From the IMG/VR virus record IMGVR_UViG_3300012039_000002, positions 99,356 through 163,355 of that record: DNA of 64,000 nucleotides. One strand, written 5' to 3'. The stretch is from a virus. The stretch's first letter is position 1. Each line of letters begins with the position of its first letter. The notes below the pieces were generated by a model. It searched no databases. It saw nothing but the letters and a program-made list of their open reading frames with translations, and was not told the origin of the DNA. The position numbers and the translations under genes are program-made. Of the stretch, positions 46,953 to 55,614 are shown piece after piece.

Positions 46953-47318
46953 ATGAAGGTCAGAACCGACTTCGTTACGAACTCGAGCAGCTCAAGTTTC
47001 ATTGTCGTTGCGAAAAACAAGAGTGCGCTCAAGACTTCCGTTACTATTCCCGTTGACTTTAACACTCTGGCGTCCAAAGAGATTAAGTCAAAGAAAGACG
47101 CTTTGGAATATAGCAAGGACAACGATCTCGACGCTGAAACAACTGAACGCATGCTTGCTGAAATAGAAAAGGGCAATTCGTTGTTTGATATTCATGTAAG
47201 TTCGGACGATGATGAGCCTGTTAGCAGATACATCCACGAAACAACCGAAGGGGATTATGAAGACGTTCGGCGCCTTCTCCCCGGTATGGTTGTGTTCAAG
47301 ACGGAGTATTCGTATTGA
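46953..47318 (+). CDS. FVTNSSSS-motif protein 3
   Basis: MKVRTDFVTNSSSSSF. Confidence 0.8.
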   Translation: MKVRTDFVTNSSSSSFIVVAKNKSALKTSVTIPVDFNTLASKEIKSKKDALEYSKDNDLDAETTERMLAEIEKGNSLFDIHVSSDDDEPVSRYIHETTEGDYEDVRRLLPGMVVFKTEYSY

Positions 47319-47650
47319 AAATCAGAACTGATTTTGTCACGAATTCAAGCAGCTCAAGCTTTGTAATTGCTAAAGCTGCCGTAACTGAAGAGCAGATTCA
47401 GGCATTTAGAGGCTTGAATAACTTTTTGCGGAACAAGTATTTTGAACAAGGCCAAGACATTTGGCAACCAGGCTTTACTTCAAAAGAAGGCTTTGATTTT
47501 GATGCTGTCTGGTGTGGCGATTATTGGACTATAAGAGAAGACGAAAACTACATTGAAGGCTACACATCTATGGACAATGGCGACTTAGGTAAATTCATTA
47601 AGGAAATAGGCATCGACACTAAACTAATGAGGTTCTCTAATGAAGGTTAG
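47315..47650 (+). CDS. FVTNSSSS-motif protein 4
   Basis: TTG start, MKIRTDFVTNSSSSSF; body similar to protein 1 (WxIxEDExxIxGxTSMDN). Confidence 0.8.
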   Translation: MKIRTDFVTNSSSSSFVIAKAAVTEEQIQAFRGLNNFLRNKYFEQGQDIWQPGFTSKEGFDFDAVWCGDYWTIREDENYIEGYTSMDNGDLGKFIKEIGIDTKLMRFSNEG

Positions 47651-48152
47651 GACTGATTTTGTGACCAACAGCTCTTCAAGCTCATTCATTGTGGCATTTG
47701 AAAAGGTGCCTGAGACCATTAGCGAGATGAAGAAGCTGCTTTTCAAAGAGAATGAGCTTAAGTTCGATTGCTTCCCATACTACGACGAGCTCTATTCTGC
47801 CAATGATATCGCTATCAAGATTATCAACGACATGCCAGGGCATGAAGTCAAGAAGGCATCTGATCTTCTCGATGTCATTGACGGCGGTGATGATTGCGAT
47901 GACTATACTACTATTCCAACGCCTAAGTTCCCTGAGTTTGTAAAAGACGAGAAGCTCCGCAATAAGCAGTGGAAGGCATATGAGGATCTTGCCAGCGCTA
48001 GGGCCAAAGACATCGCAAAGAACTTTATGACTAAGAACAAGGGCAAGAGAATTTTCACTTTTGAATATAGTGATCACGATCGTCTTGGCGCCGCCATTGA
48101 ACATGGTGGTATTCTTGAAAGACTGGACTGCATCAGAATATCTCGACACTAA
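47640..48152 (+). CDS. FVTNSSSS-motif protein 5
   Basis: MKVRTDFVTNSSSSSF. Confidence 0.8.
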   Translation: MKVRTDFVTNSSSSSFIVAFEKVPETISEMKKLLFKENELKFDCFPYYDELYSANDIAIKIINDMPGHEVKKASDLLDVIDGGDDCDDYTTIPTPKFPEFVKDEKLRNKQWKAYEDLASARAKDIAKNFMTKNKGKRIFTFEYSDHDRLGAAIEHGGILERLDCIRISRH

Positions 48153-48167
48153 GAGGTGAGGTGAGGC

Positions 48168-48530
48168 ATGAAAATTAGAACTGATTTTGTAACTAACAGT
48201 AGCTCAAGTTCGTTTGTTGTGTTTGGCGTAGGTACAGATATCCTGAAGCTTAATATAACAGATGAGGAGCTTGAAGAGAAGTATGACGGTAGCATGAACG
48301 AATATCTTTACGAAAAAGCCGAAGGCACGTCTCTTAAGGCCGGCTCGGCTTATTATGATAGCGACGAGCACTCTGTAGGCCTCAGCCCTGAGACTTTGCT
48401 CAAGAAATTCGGTGACAGAAAAATCAGTGAAATTCCGCAAATAGTAGCTGAAGAGATTGAGAAAGCATTCGGTGTAAAAATCGACCCAAAGAAAGTGGGC
48501 TACATCGAAGAGGCAAGTTATAACGGGTGA
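48168..48530 (+). CDS. FVTNSSSS-motif protein 6
   Basis: MKIRTDFVTNSSSSSF. Confidence 0.8.
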   Translation: MKIRTDFVTNSSSSSFVVFGVGTDILKLNITDEELEEKYDGSMNEYLYEKAEGTSLKAGSAYYDSDEHSVGLSPETLLKKFGDRKISEIPQIVAEEIEKAFGVKIDPKKVGYIEEASYNG

Positions 48531-48536
48531 TATAAT
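48528..48536 (+). promoter_or_regulatory. extended -10 element marking the next transcription unit
   Basis: TGATATAAT at the end of the FVTNSSSS array. Confidence 0.4.
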
Positions 48537-48561
48537 AATCTTATAATCGAAAGGATTAATA

Positions 48562-48822
48562 ATGAAAAAAATTATTGCATTCGCATTTTTTCTTTTGTTT
48601 GTTGCAATTTCAGCTGTTCAAGCAAAAGAATTGGGTAGAGAATATATGAGAGTCGAATGCCGCGATGGCCTTGTTTATACGGTGAAATATCGTTGCTCAA
48701 GGCAGAGTACTTCTGGATTAGAATGCACTAATTGGGACGTAATCGATATGAAACAAATATATGCACCAGGCAGAGCAAGCTTAGTAGATCAAGATCCTCC
48801 GCAGCCGAAGGTTTGTAAATAA
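48562..48822 (+). CDS. small secreted protein
   Basis: Signal peptide MKKIIAFAFFLLFVAISAVQA; four Cys. Confidence 0.6.
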   Translation: MKKIIAFAFFLLFVAISAVQAKELGREYMRVECRDGLVYTVKYRCSRQSTSGLECTNWDVIDMKQIYAPGRASLVDQDPPQPKVCK

Positions 48823-48837
48823 TCAAGGAGTAGGAAG

Positions 48838-49551
48838 ATGGCCCTTATACTGGGAGACATTCACGGCAACATCGACAAGGCTAAACAGTTTCTTGCGTTT
48901 AGACCTGAGGAGCAGCATATATTTGTGGGTGACTATGTCGATTCGTTTGAAGCAAGTGACATGGATATCTACGACACGCTGAAGTTGTGTATAGAATCTA
49001 AGGCTATGATGCTTCTTGGCAATCACGATCTTCATTATTTCAAAGAGCCTCCATTCATGTGCTCTGGTTGGAGAAGTCACATGGCTAATGGACTTGCTGA
49101 GATATTTGAAGAGTTTGTCAAAGACGAAAGATTCAGGCCAGCGTGCGTTGTGGACGGTTTTCTTGTAACTCACGGTGGTTTATCTGAAGGCTTGGGCAAC
49201 AGCATGCAGGCTGGAAAAGATGCAAATACCATTCTTAGTAAGATTGAAGATGAATGGAAAGCATACTTGGAAACTAGGTTCAAGAGGAAGCCAAGTCAGC
49301 CTCGAACTCCTCGAAAGATATTCAATATCGGTGTCTTTAGAGGTGGAAGAGACTCCTTTTCTGGCATATTTTGGGCAGACTACCGAAGTGATAGACTCTA
49401 TGGCGTGCCACAAATATTCGGCCATTCAAAGACGCCACTCCATGATATAATAAACATAGGTGGCAAAAATGACTTCTGGGCTATTGGCTGTGACAATGAC
49501 AGACGTATTTGCTTTGACTCCAAGACTAAAGAGGGAGTAAACTTTGGCTGA
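48838..49551 (+). CDS. calcineurin-like metallophosphoesterase
   Basis: GDIHG, GDYVD, GNHD, THGG, FGHS. Confidence 0.9.
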   Translation: MALILGDIHGNIDKAKQFLAFRPEEQHIFVGDYVDSFEASDMDIYDTLKLCIESKAMMLLGNHDLHYFKEPPFMCSGWRSHMANGLAEIFEEFVKDERFRPACVVDGFLVTHGGLSEGLGNSMQAGKDANTILSKIEDEWKAYLETRFKRKPSQPRTPRKIFNIGVFRGGRDSFSGIFWADYRSDRLYGVPQIFGHSKTPLHDIINIGGKNDFWAIGCDNDRRICFDSKTKEGVNFG

Positions 49552-49996
49552 TGAAAAAGGGCCGCGACGACCTCCAACAAAAGAAGACGCTTCTTTTTGG
49601 GCGGACCTTGCATTTACATTAGTAAACGAAATAGCATGCAAGTGCGGTCAGGTGAACAAAGTTCTACCAGAATGGCACACAGGATTCTTCAGAGTTGAGT
49701 GTGACAGTTGCTTTGAAGAATTAGATCTTCACAGGTTGCTGAGGACGCCTGACCGCACAAGCATGCTCATTAAAGCAATCGATGAGGATAAAGAGTCCGT
49801 CGTAAAAAGCGCATCCGAGAGCTTTACTGATTCGCTGCCACCGCAAGATCCCAAGATGAGGAAGTATGTCGCTGAGTTAGAAGATGCTTGGCGCAAGAAG
49901 GAAAAATCAAGCGAGTGGACTGATTCTGTTGAATGGAACGAAGACATAGGGCGCTACGTCAGAATAAAAGAGGACGGCTCGTATGAAACTGACTAA
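49544..49996 (+). CDS. Zn-ribbon hypothetical protein
   Basis: CKCG..CDSC. Confidence 0.55.
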   Translation: MADEKGPRRPPTKEDASFWADLAFTLVNEIACKCGQVNKVLPEWHTGFFRVECDSCFEELDLHRLLRTPDRTSMLIKAIDEDKESVVKSASESFTDSLPPQDPKMRKYVAELEDAWRKKEKSSEWTDSVEWNEDIGRYVRIKEDGSYETD

Positions 49997-50477
49997 AAAA
50001 CAGCTCGATATAGTCCAGTATCCTGAGGCTATACTCAATAGTACTAATAACTCTAAAATTGAAGATTTCGGAAGCGACTGGCTATATGCACTTATCGTCA
50101 ACATGGTGTATACAATTCAGCGAGTAAAGGGTTTGGGATTGGCGGCTCCTCAGGTGGGACTGCCTCTCCGTATAGCAGTTGCTCTTATTGATAGACAGCC
50201 AGTGGCTCTGATTAACCCTGAGATCGTGGAGAAGTCAGACGAACAGGTTACCATCGAAGAATCCTGTCTATCGTGCCCTAATGAAGCTGTGCGCATCTCT
50301 AGGTCATCTAGAGTAAAGGTGGCCTATTACAACGTAAAAGGACAAGAGAAGACATTAGAAGTGGCAGGAATCAACGCTATTATTATACAACACGAGTTAG
50401 ATCATCTCAATGGAAAGCTTATAGTGGACTATAAAGATGTCAGCCCTGCCCCCGAGCTATTACAAGATCCTAGCTGA
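49983..50477 (+). CDS. def: peptide deformylase
   Basis: GLGLAAPQVG, ESCLS, QHELDHLNG. Confidence 0.93.
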   Translation: MKLTKKQLDIVQYPEAILNSTNNSKIEDFGSDWLYALIVNMVYTIQRVKGLGLAAPQVGLPLRIAVALIDRQPVALINPEIVEKSDEQVTIEESCLSCPNEAVRISRSSRVKVAYYNVKGQEKTLEVAGINAIIIQHELDHLNGKLIVDYKDVSPAPELLQDPS

Positions 50478-50646
50478 AAGAGGTGGTACTGGGATTTCAA
50501 CCCACATAGGCGGCGCCGGAAAAGATGGACCGTCCGATTTGTATAAGCCGTTATCACAACTCTTTAAGGAATGGGACAAAGAATGGAAAAGACTAGGACT
50601 AAAGCCAAAAAGAGTAAAAAAGTCAAGTACAACGTTATTGCCATAG
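50437..50646 (+). CDS. hypothetical protein
   Basis: Overlaps both neighbours; uncertain. Confidence 0.35.
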   Translation: MSALPPSYYKILAERGGTGISTHIGGAGKDGPSDLYKPLSQLFKEWDKEWKRLGLKPKRVKKSSTTLLP

Positions 50647-50771
50647 AAATTGATTTAGAAAACTTAGCTTTACTTGACTCATTAGCTGTGCAAGCTAAAG
50701 TTTCGAGGAGTAAATATGTAACGGAAATTCTACGCAACTATATCGATAACAAAGGATTCGGTGAAAAATAA
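50571..50771 (+). CDS. ribbon-helix-helix (CopG-like) DNA-binding protein
   Basis: IAIEID..LDSLA..VSRSKYVTEIL. Confidence 0.7.
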   Translation: MGQRMEKTRTKAKKSKKVKYNVIAIEIDLENLALLDSLAVQAKVSRSKYVTEILRNYIDNKGFGEK

Positions 50772-51424
50772 TGAATGAAATCTTTACTCCAAACTGGCCG
50801 ATAGCTCAAAAGAAATATGAGTTGCTGGCTCTTCAAGAGTTTCTTAAAGAAGAAAAGATTGCTCGAGTGCTTGAAGTTGGCACATGGACTGGTGGCACTG
50901 CACTGCTTTGGGCTAAAATGGTTTCCCGCTATGATGATGGAGTAGTATACTGTTTAGATCTTGGTTTTAGTTATGGCGTTCATTACGCTAATGAGCCAGG
51001 AACTGAAATTATGCGGGAATATTCTGATCAGGTGTATCGTCATACTCGCTATAACAAATACATTAAAGAATTAGCAGGTGATACTCATGATCCTGCCTTC
51101 ATTGAGCAGGTTAAGAATGTGGTGGGCGGGCCAGTTGACTTCATCTTTATTGATGGTGATCATTCTTATGAAGGCGTAAAAGCCGACTTTCTTAACTATG
51201 CGCCTCTGATTAAAGTTGGCGGTGCTATTGCTTTTCATGACATCATAGATTCTGAGCATCACAGACACTACGGCTGTTTTGTGGCTCAATTTTGGGAGGA
51301 GCTCAAATCAGGCCCAGGCGTTAAGTTTTGGGAGTTTATTGACAACAATGAATATCTTGGGAACTCTCGTAATGTCATGCCATCTCGCTCTATGGGAATT
51401 GGCGTAGTTAGAAGAACTTTATGA
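50771..51424 (+). CDS. class I SAM-dependent methyltransferase (Methyltransf_24-like)
   Basis: VLEVGTWTGGT, DFIFIDGDHSYEGVKAD, GGAIAFHD. Confidence 0.9.
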   Translation: MNEIFTPNWPIAQKKYELLALQEFLKEEKIARVLEVGTWTGGTALLWAKMVSRYDDGVVYCLDLGFSYGVHYANEPGTEIMREYSDQVYRHTRYNKYIKELAGDTHDPAFIEQVKNVVGGPVDFIFIDGDHSYEGVKADFLNYAPLIKVGGAIAFHDIIDSEHHRHYGCFVAQFWEELKSGPGVKFWEFIDNNEYLGNSRNVMPSRSMGIGVVRRTL

Positions 51425-51636
51425 TTCAGCTCTTGTGTGACAGCATAGGTAGCCCTGGAAAAGATCAGGTCTATGAAAAGCTAATAGATATTTATGGCAT
51501 GAGAGAGTTATTAGTTAATGACACTGCTTTTGGTATGAATAGAGTTGAACTGTTTTATCTGTATGGAGAATTCGCATTCGTTGGTTTTATTGTGCTAATG
51601 GCATTGTTATTGGAGGATTTATGGCGAAAAAGGTAG
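51421..51636 (+). CDS. small membrane protein
   Basis: C-terminal hydrophobic segment. Confidence 0.5.
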   Translation: MIQLLCDSIGSPGKDQVYEKLIDIYGMRELLVNDTAFGMNRVELFYLYGEFAFVGFIVLMALLLEDLWRKR

Positions 51637-52067
51637 TCAAGAAAAAAGCATTCGATGCATTTAGCCCATATGCTACTATGCCTGTTGAGAGATATACGTT
51701 TGAGAGGGAGCCCGTAGGTTTCATGCAACGCATTTCTCGTGATCACTTAGAGCGCATTGGCAAGTGGAACATTGAGAAATTTGAAGACAACTTGGGCTAT
51801 GACATAGTCTATAGAATCACTAATATGATGGCTCATGGAGATAAAACAGTTGAGGAATGGTATGATTTTCCAGCTACCTGGTGGGACCATTTTAAAATGC
51901 ATATCAACCTACGTTACAATTTAAAACTTAAAGTTAGATTGTCTAAGTTGGCCACAAAGACTCTTATTAAAAATTATTGCCCACACTTCACTACAAGCCC
52001 TCAGCGCTCCCACATTGAATTCATGCTACAACGACCACTTGAATGGGAGGACTTAAGCCATGAATGA
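51621..52067 (+). CDS. hypothetical protein (PATWWDHFK motif)
   Basis: GGAGG RBS. Confidence 0.6.
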   Translation: MAKKVVKKKAFDAFSPYATMPVERYTFEREPVGFMQRISRDHLERIGKWNIEKFEDNLGYDIVYRITNMMAHGDKTVEEWYDFPATWWDHFKMHINLRYNLKLKVRLSKLATKTLIKNYCPHFTTSPQRSHIEFMLQRPLEWEDLSHE

Positions 52068-52302
52068 TGGTTTCTCATATGGCCCTGAATCTCCTAAATG
52101 TGGCACTTGGACTCCTTGTAGTGAAAAACTACCTCTACAAGGAAACAACGTTTTAATATCTACTACGACTCATGTCACTATAGCGTATAGAGGCACTCCT
52201 CCACTTGGCATGTCTGTTACGTGGCGGGAGAAATATACTGGTGATATAATTAAAGATCACGTGATGGCTTGGATGCCACTGCCCATGGTGTACGGTCGAT
52301 GA
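52060..52302 (+). CDS. DUF551-like small phage protein
   Basis: WTPCSEKLP...VMAWMPLP. Confidence 0.7.
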   Translation: MNDGFSYGPESPKCGTWTPCSEKLPLQGNNVLISTTTHVTIAYRGTPPLGMSVTWREKYTGDIIKDHVMAWMPLPMVYGR

Positions 52303-52523
52303 GAAAGATATGGAAAGTGGTGCTTGCTTTTGCTCCCATCCTACTGGTAATGGACATGATTATGCACATTGAAACTGATCCTAAATGGGTGCTTGGCATC
52401 TACACATGTGCTTGGTACTTATTTGGTTGCTATATGGGTGAGGCTGAGATGGAAGAGAAGTATGATAAACTAAAAGGCGCTGCTCTTAATGTTATTGATG
52501 CCTATAAGAAGGCTACAGAGTAG
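52299..52523 (+). CDS. small membrane protein
   Basis: Two hydrophobic segments; ATGA overlap with the upstream stop. Confidence 0.55.
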   Translation: MRKIWKVVLAFAPILLVMDMIMHIETDPKWVLGIYTCAWYLFGCYMGEAEMEEKYDKLKGAALNVIDAYKKATE

Positions 52524-53102
52524 ATGGCTTCCGTTTAAGCTGTCATCCTGCCATGTGGTATCAGTCAGTCTATTTAGTCTTAGTTCCGTATGCTCTGCTC
52601 ATACTGGCACTAATATACTACAAATGGCTAAAGAAGTAGATAGAACTAAACTCAACTCACATCATGCCATGGAGTCTCTTTCTACAGCTCTATTAAACGT
52701 CCAGAAAGTAGCTATCATTTCAAATCAAGTATGTCCTGCCATGGCGGCTCTAACGGCTTAGTGCTCTGGTGGGGAGTCTTCCCCATGAGGCGCTGTGATA
52801 ACAGTAGGGAAACGCTATAAGGCGAGACAGACGATCATAAGGGGGTCGTGTTTTTCGCGACCGCTAAACGCGTAATCTGTAATGGTTTCTGTTGCACAGT
52901 GTTGTTTTATTGTAGGCCGTGCGCTGGCCCCTAAGCGCTCCCATTCATTCACAATATCGAGCTCTGAGCGCTTTCCGAGAGCTCTCATCATCCCTCCACG
53001 AGCGTTTTACTGGATAAAACATGGAGCGCTCTCATTTTACTCCATAAAACATCGCACAGTGCGCAGCTGTGCGTTTTACTTTCATCCTCCACCGTATCCT
53101 TC

Positions 53103-53131
53103 ATTATATCATTCTGGGTCGCTCCTGTACA
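53103..53131 (-). promoter_or_regulatory. minus-strand copy of repeated promoter
   Basis: Reverse complement reads TGTACA-N17-TATAAT with extended TG. Confidence 0.7.
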
Positions 53132-53320
53132 TCGTCAGACGAGGAGCTTCTCGACGATTGCAGCGCTTCTATTGAAGTCTCTTATTACATTTCTGTCGAT
53201 ATCACTCTGAGGCGCTGCTTCATCCATACCTCATGGTGCGCACAGCTTGAAGCAGCTTCGTTAGTATCCGACCCGGCGGTATTAAACCTCATCGATTTCT
53301 CGAGATACGTCACTGAAGTG

Positions 53321-53341
53321 GTCGTCCGGCCCCTCCGTGTC
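53321..53341 (-). repeat. 21-nt element copy 1 (GACACGGAGGGGCCGGACGAC)
   Basis: Identical to 56733-56753; directly downstream of a minus-strand promoter. Confidence 0.85.
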
Positions 53342-53343
53342 TC

Positions 53344-53372
53344 ATTATATCATACAACTGTGCTATTGTACA
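53344..53372 (-). promoter_or_regulatory. minus-strand copy of repeated promoter
   Basis: Reverse complement reads TGTACAAT...TGATATAAT, 17-nt spacer. Confidence 0.75.
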
Positions 53373-53495
53373 ACGTTTTTTATAGCTGCTGTCAGTCAGC
53401 AGCAACTTTGTTGCATTATCCACCCAAACTGACCATACGGTTTCGCTAGACGTGGTTCTATTTGAGATCTATTTTATCTCATCGAATAATTTCGG

Positions 53496-53524
53496 TGTAC
53501 AATTACACGAGAATGTGTTATTAT
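53496..53524 (+). promoter_or_regulatory. repeated phage promoter
   Basis: TGTACA-N17-TATTAT. Confidence 0.65.
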
Positions 53525-53551
53525 AGTTACAAGATAAGAATGGAGGAACTC

Positions 53552-53776
53552 ATGCCCTTCGGAAAATTTGAAAGTAATATCGAAAGGGAATTGTACAACC
53601 TCAGCCAAAGGGAATATGAAGACCTGAGGACTATGGTTCACAAGATTCAAAAACTTGTTGGAGTTACAAATGGGATAGATCCGCCTAAATATCCCCATAC
53701 AGCAACGCTGGTGGACAAGTTGGAAAGGGCTCTCATGTTCCTCGAATATGACCATGGAGGTAAGTTCGAATGGTAA
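53552..53776 (+). CDS. hypothetical early protein
   Basis: GGAGG before ATG 53552. Confidence 0.65.
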   Translation: MPFGKFESNIERELYNLSQREYEDLRTMVHKIQKLVGVTNGIDPPKYPHTATLVDKLERALMFLEYDHGGKFEW

Positions 53777-54012
53777 AAAGAATTCGGATGCCCAAGTATC
53801 ATGAATGTGGCGGAGAACTGAAAGCTTGTGACGTCATCGACTCCTTTACCACGCTGTTGGAGGAATTAGGGTACAAGGTAGCTGATGATCCACGGTACGA
53901 GGGCTCCGACATGTTTGGTGTTTTGGTCAGTAAAAAGAAGTTTTCGAAAGCACAGCTGAAACAACTCTTGAAGGATTGGGATGACGATTATAACGAAGGG
54001 TTCATAAGATAA
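53770..54012 (+). CDS. hypothetical early protein
   Basis: GGAGG RBS. Confidence 0.65.
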   Translation: MVKRIRMPKYHECGGELKACDVIDSFTTLLEELGYKVADDPRYEGSDMFGVLVSKKKFSKAQLKQLLKDWDDDYNEGFIR

Positions 54013-54015
54013 AGA

Positions 54016-54044
54016 TGTACAATCCCAGCGCTCTGTGATACAAT
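54016..54044 (+). promoter_or_regulatory. repeated phage promoter
   Basis: TGTACA-N17-TACAAT, then ATTAAATGGGAGG. Confidence 0.75.
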
Positions 54045-54070
54045 AGAATTATTAAATGGGAGGTTGGGAA

Positions 54071-54244
54071 ATGACCACGCACATGGGATCGCTCAAAAGA
54101 CCGGTCAAGACTCTGGCCCTGGTGACTGAGGGCTCCAACATCAAACTTCGGATCTTCAAGGAAGATGGCGAACTCGTGGAGTACAAACTCACAAAAGATG
54201 ACTGCCGGTGGTTGGTGGCATCACTCGCCCAGAGGATACGCTAA
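54071..54244 (+). CDS. hypothetical early protein
   Basis: GGAGG before ATG 54071. Confidence 0.6.
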   Translation: MTTHMGSLKRPVKTLALVTEGSNIKLRIFKEDGELVEYKLTKDDCRWLVASLAQRIR

Positions 54245-54405
54245 TGAAGGTCCACAAATGTGATTACAAGGAAGCGTTCCTGAGGTGGTTTCCGGAAGTC
54301 ACACCCAAGATGTTTACCAACTTCAGGGTTCGTTCAATCACTGTTGTGGTTGAGAATCTTGAGGTGAAGGGTCTGACCAAATTTCAGTATAAAAAGGAGA
54401 AGTAA
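54244..54405 (+). CDS. hypothetical early protein
   Basis: TAATG coupling to the upstream stop. Confidence 0.55.
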   Translation: MKVHKCDYKEAFLRWFPEVTPKMFTNFRVRSITVVVENLEVKGLTKFQYKKEK

Positions 54406-54406
54406 C

Positions 54407-54625
54407 GTGGGGTTAGAATCTCACATCTACAGCGTTCTGGATGATAAGGACTACCCTCGCACCAAGTACTATTTTGAATTTGGTTTGAAGGCTGACTCGG
54501 AACAAGATGCTAAGGATATAGCGGACATCCTCAATGCATCTGGTGAGTTTGGTCGGGCTGTAGTGTTTTGGCAGGGCGGCCTGGATGTGTGGGGAGTAAA
54601 ATTCGGGAGATATAAGGAGCGCTAA
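54407..54625 (+). CDS. hypothetical early protein
   Basis: AGGAG before GTG. Confidence 0.6.
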   Translation: MGLESHIYSVLDDKDYPRTKYYFEFGLKADSEQDAKDIADILNASGEFGRAVVFWQGGLDVWGVKFGRYKER

Positions 54626-54876
54626 TGTTTTTCAAGACAATGAAGCAGTGCGAGGCATGTGGAGAATTTCTGGTGATCTATCCCGTCTCCACAAAGATGT
54701 CACGGATCAATGAGAGGACGCTCCCTGCATGGAGCAGGTGTGAGTGTCAGCCACGGTTCCAAGAGATCACCACGTTCGAGCTGGAAAGCCTGGTGCCTGA
54801 CTGGAAACAGATTATAAACCCGAAAGGAGAAGAGGAACATGAAACAGAAGTCAGTGGCCCGCAAGATCTTCCCTAA
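54625..54876 (+). CDS. Zn-ribbon hypothetical protein
   Basis: CEAC..CEC. Confidence 0.55.
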   Translation: MFFKTMKQCEACGEFLVIYPVSTKMSRINERTLPAWSRCECQPRFQEITTFELESLVPDWKQIINPKGEEEHETEVSGPQDLP

Positions 54877-55147
54877 AGGTGGCAGTCCGGAGGCTGTACT
54901 GTCAGTGGCAAATGGTGAGTCTCGGTGTCTCAACCACACCATGCGCCGTATTCTCAGTGGCCTGAGAATTCCCATGACTCCCTACCAGGTGACGTATGTT
55001 CTGGACAAGAAGGGTCCCTTCAAGGTTGGGCCCACTGGTGGCGGTATTCGGTTGTACTCTGATGGTCTGTACGAGCTGGGAATGGCTGTGTGCTTTCTTC
55101 CGGAGCACTTCAAGAACAAGCGTGTCCGAAGAGAAGTCAGGATATGA
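54839..55147 (+). CDS. hypothetical early protein
   Basis: GAGG RBS. Confidence 0.55.
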   Translation: MKQKSVARKIFPKGGSPEAVLSVANGESRCLNHTMRRILSGLRIPMTPYQVTYVLDKKGPFKVGPTGGGIRLYSDGLYELGMAVCFLPEHFKNKRVRREVRI

Positions 55148-55395
55148 AGATCAAGATCACGAGGCACCACTCAAATGGGCCAATTGAAATCCACAATGAT
55201 CCTATGTACGCGGGTGTGGTTTTCAATATGTCCGGTGGGCTAAACATTTTCCTTGAGTTTGATGACAAGGAGAATTCGGAGAACATTGCTGGGTTGGCCA
55301 TTGTGGGAAGTGCAGATGGCTGGAACGTCACATCAGCACATCCGGGCAGCCTTCGGTTAGCAACTTTTAAGGAATCGGTGTACAAACCCAGCTAG
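55144..55395 (+). CDS. hypothetical early protein
   Basis: ATGA coupling to the upstream stop. Confidence 0.55.
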   Translation: MKIKITRHHSNGPIEIHNDPMYAGVVFNMSGGLNIFLEFDDKENSENIAGLAIVGSADGWNVTSAHPGSLRLATFKESVYKPS

Positions 55396-55407
55396 TTGTG
55401 ATAATAT
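55379..55407 (+). promoter_or_regulatory. repeated phage promoter
   Basis: TGTACA-N17-TAATAT with extended TG. Confidence 0.6.
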
Positions 55408-55437
55408 AGATATATAAAGTACACACGGAGGTGTGTT

Positions 55438-55611
55438 GTGGGAAAGACGTGGAAGGACCTGAAGGCGTTTGACATAAAGCGCCACAAGGAAGGTTCTCGG
55501 TTAGTGAACAAAGATCAGGATCTACGCACCAGGGTGAAGCCTGTGGATAAGAAGGAAAAGGGTGGCGGTAAAACGTGGCAACATAGCATCAACCAAGAAG
55601 AGGAGGATTAA
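55438..55611 (+). CDS. small basic protein (57 aa)
   Basis: GGAGG before GTG; MGKTWKDLK... Confidence 0.55.
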   Translation: MGKTWKDLKAFDIKRHKEGSRLVNKDQDLRTRVKPVDKKEKGGGKTWQHSINQEEED

Positions 55612-55614
55612 AGC

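Noticed and set aside
46189-48530. DGR or DNA-repeat origin for the six shared N-termini
   Set aside because: Synonymous codons differ between copies, there is no adenine-specific variation pattern, and no reverse transcriptase is present.
52489-53449. ORFs 52489-52761, 52882-53175 and 53069-53449
   Set aside because: No RBS, atypical composition, and the latter two overlap palindromes and antisense promoters; probably non-coding.
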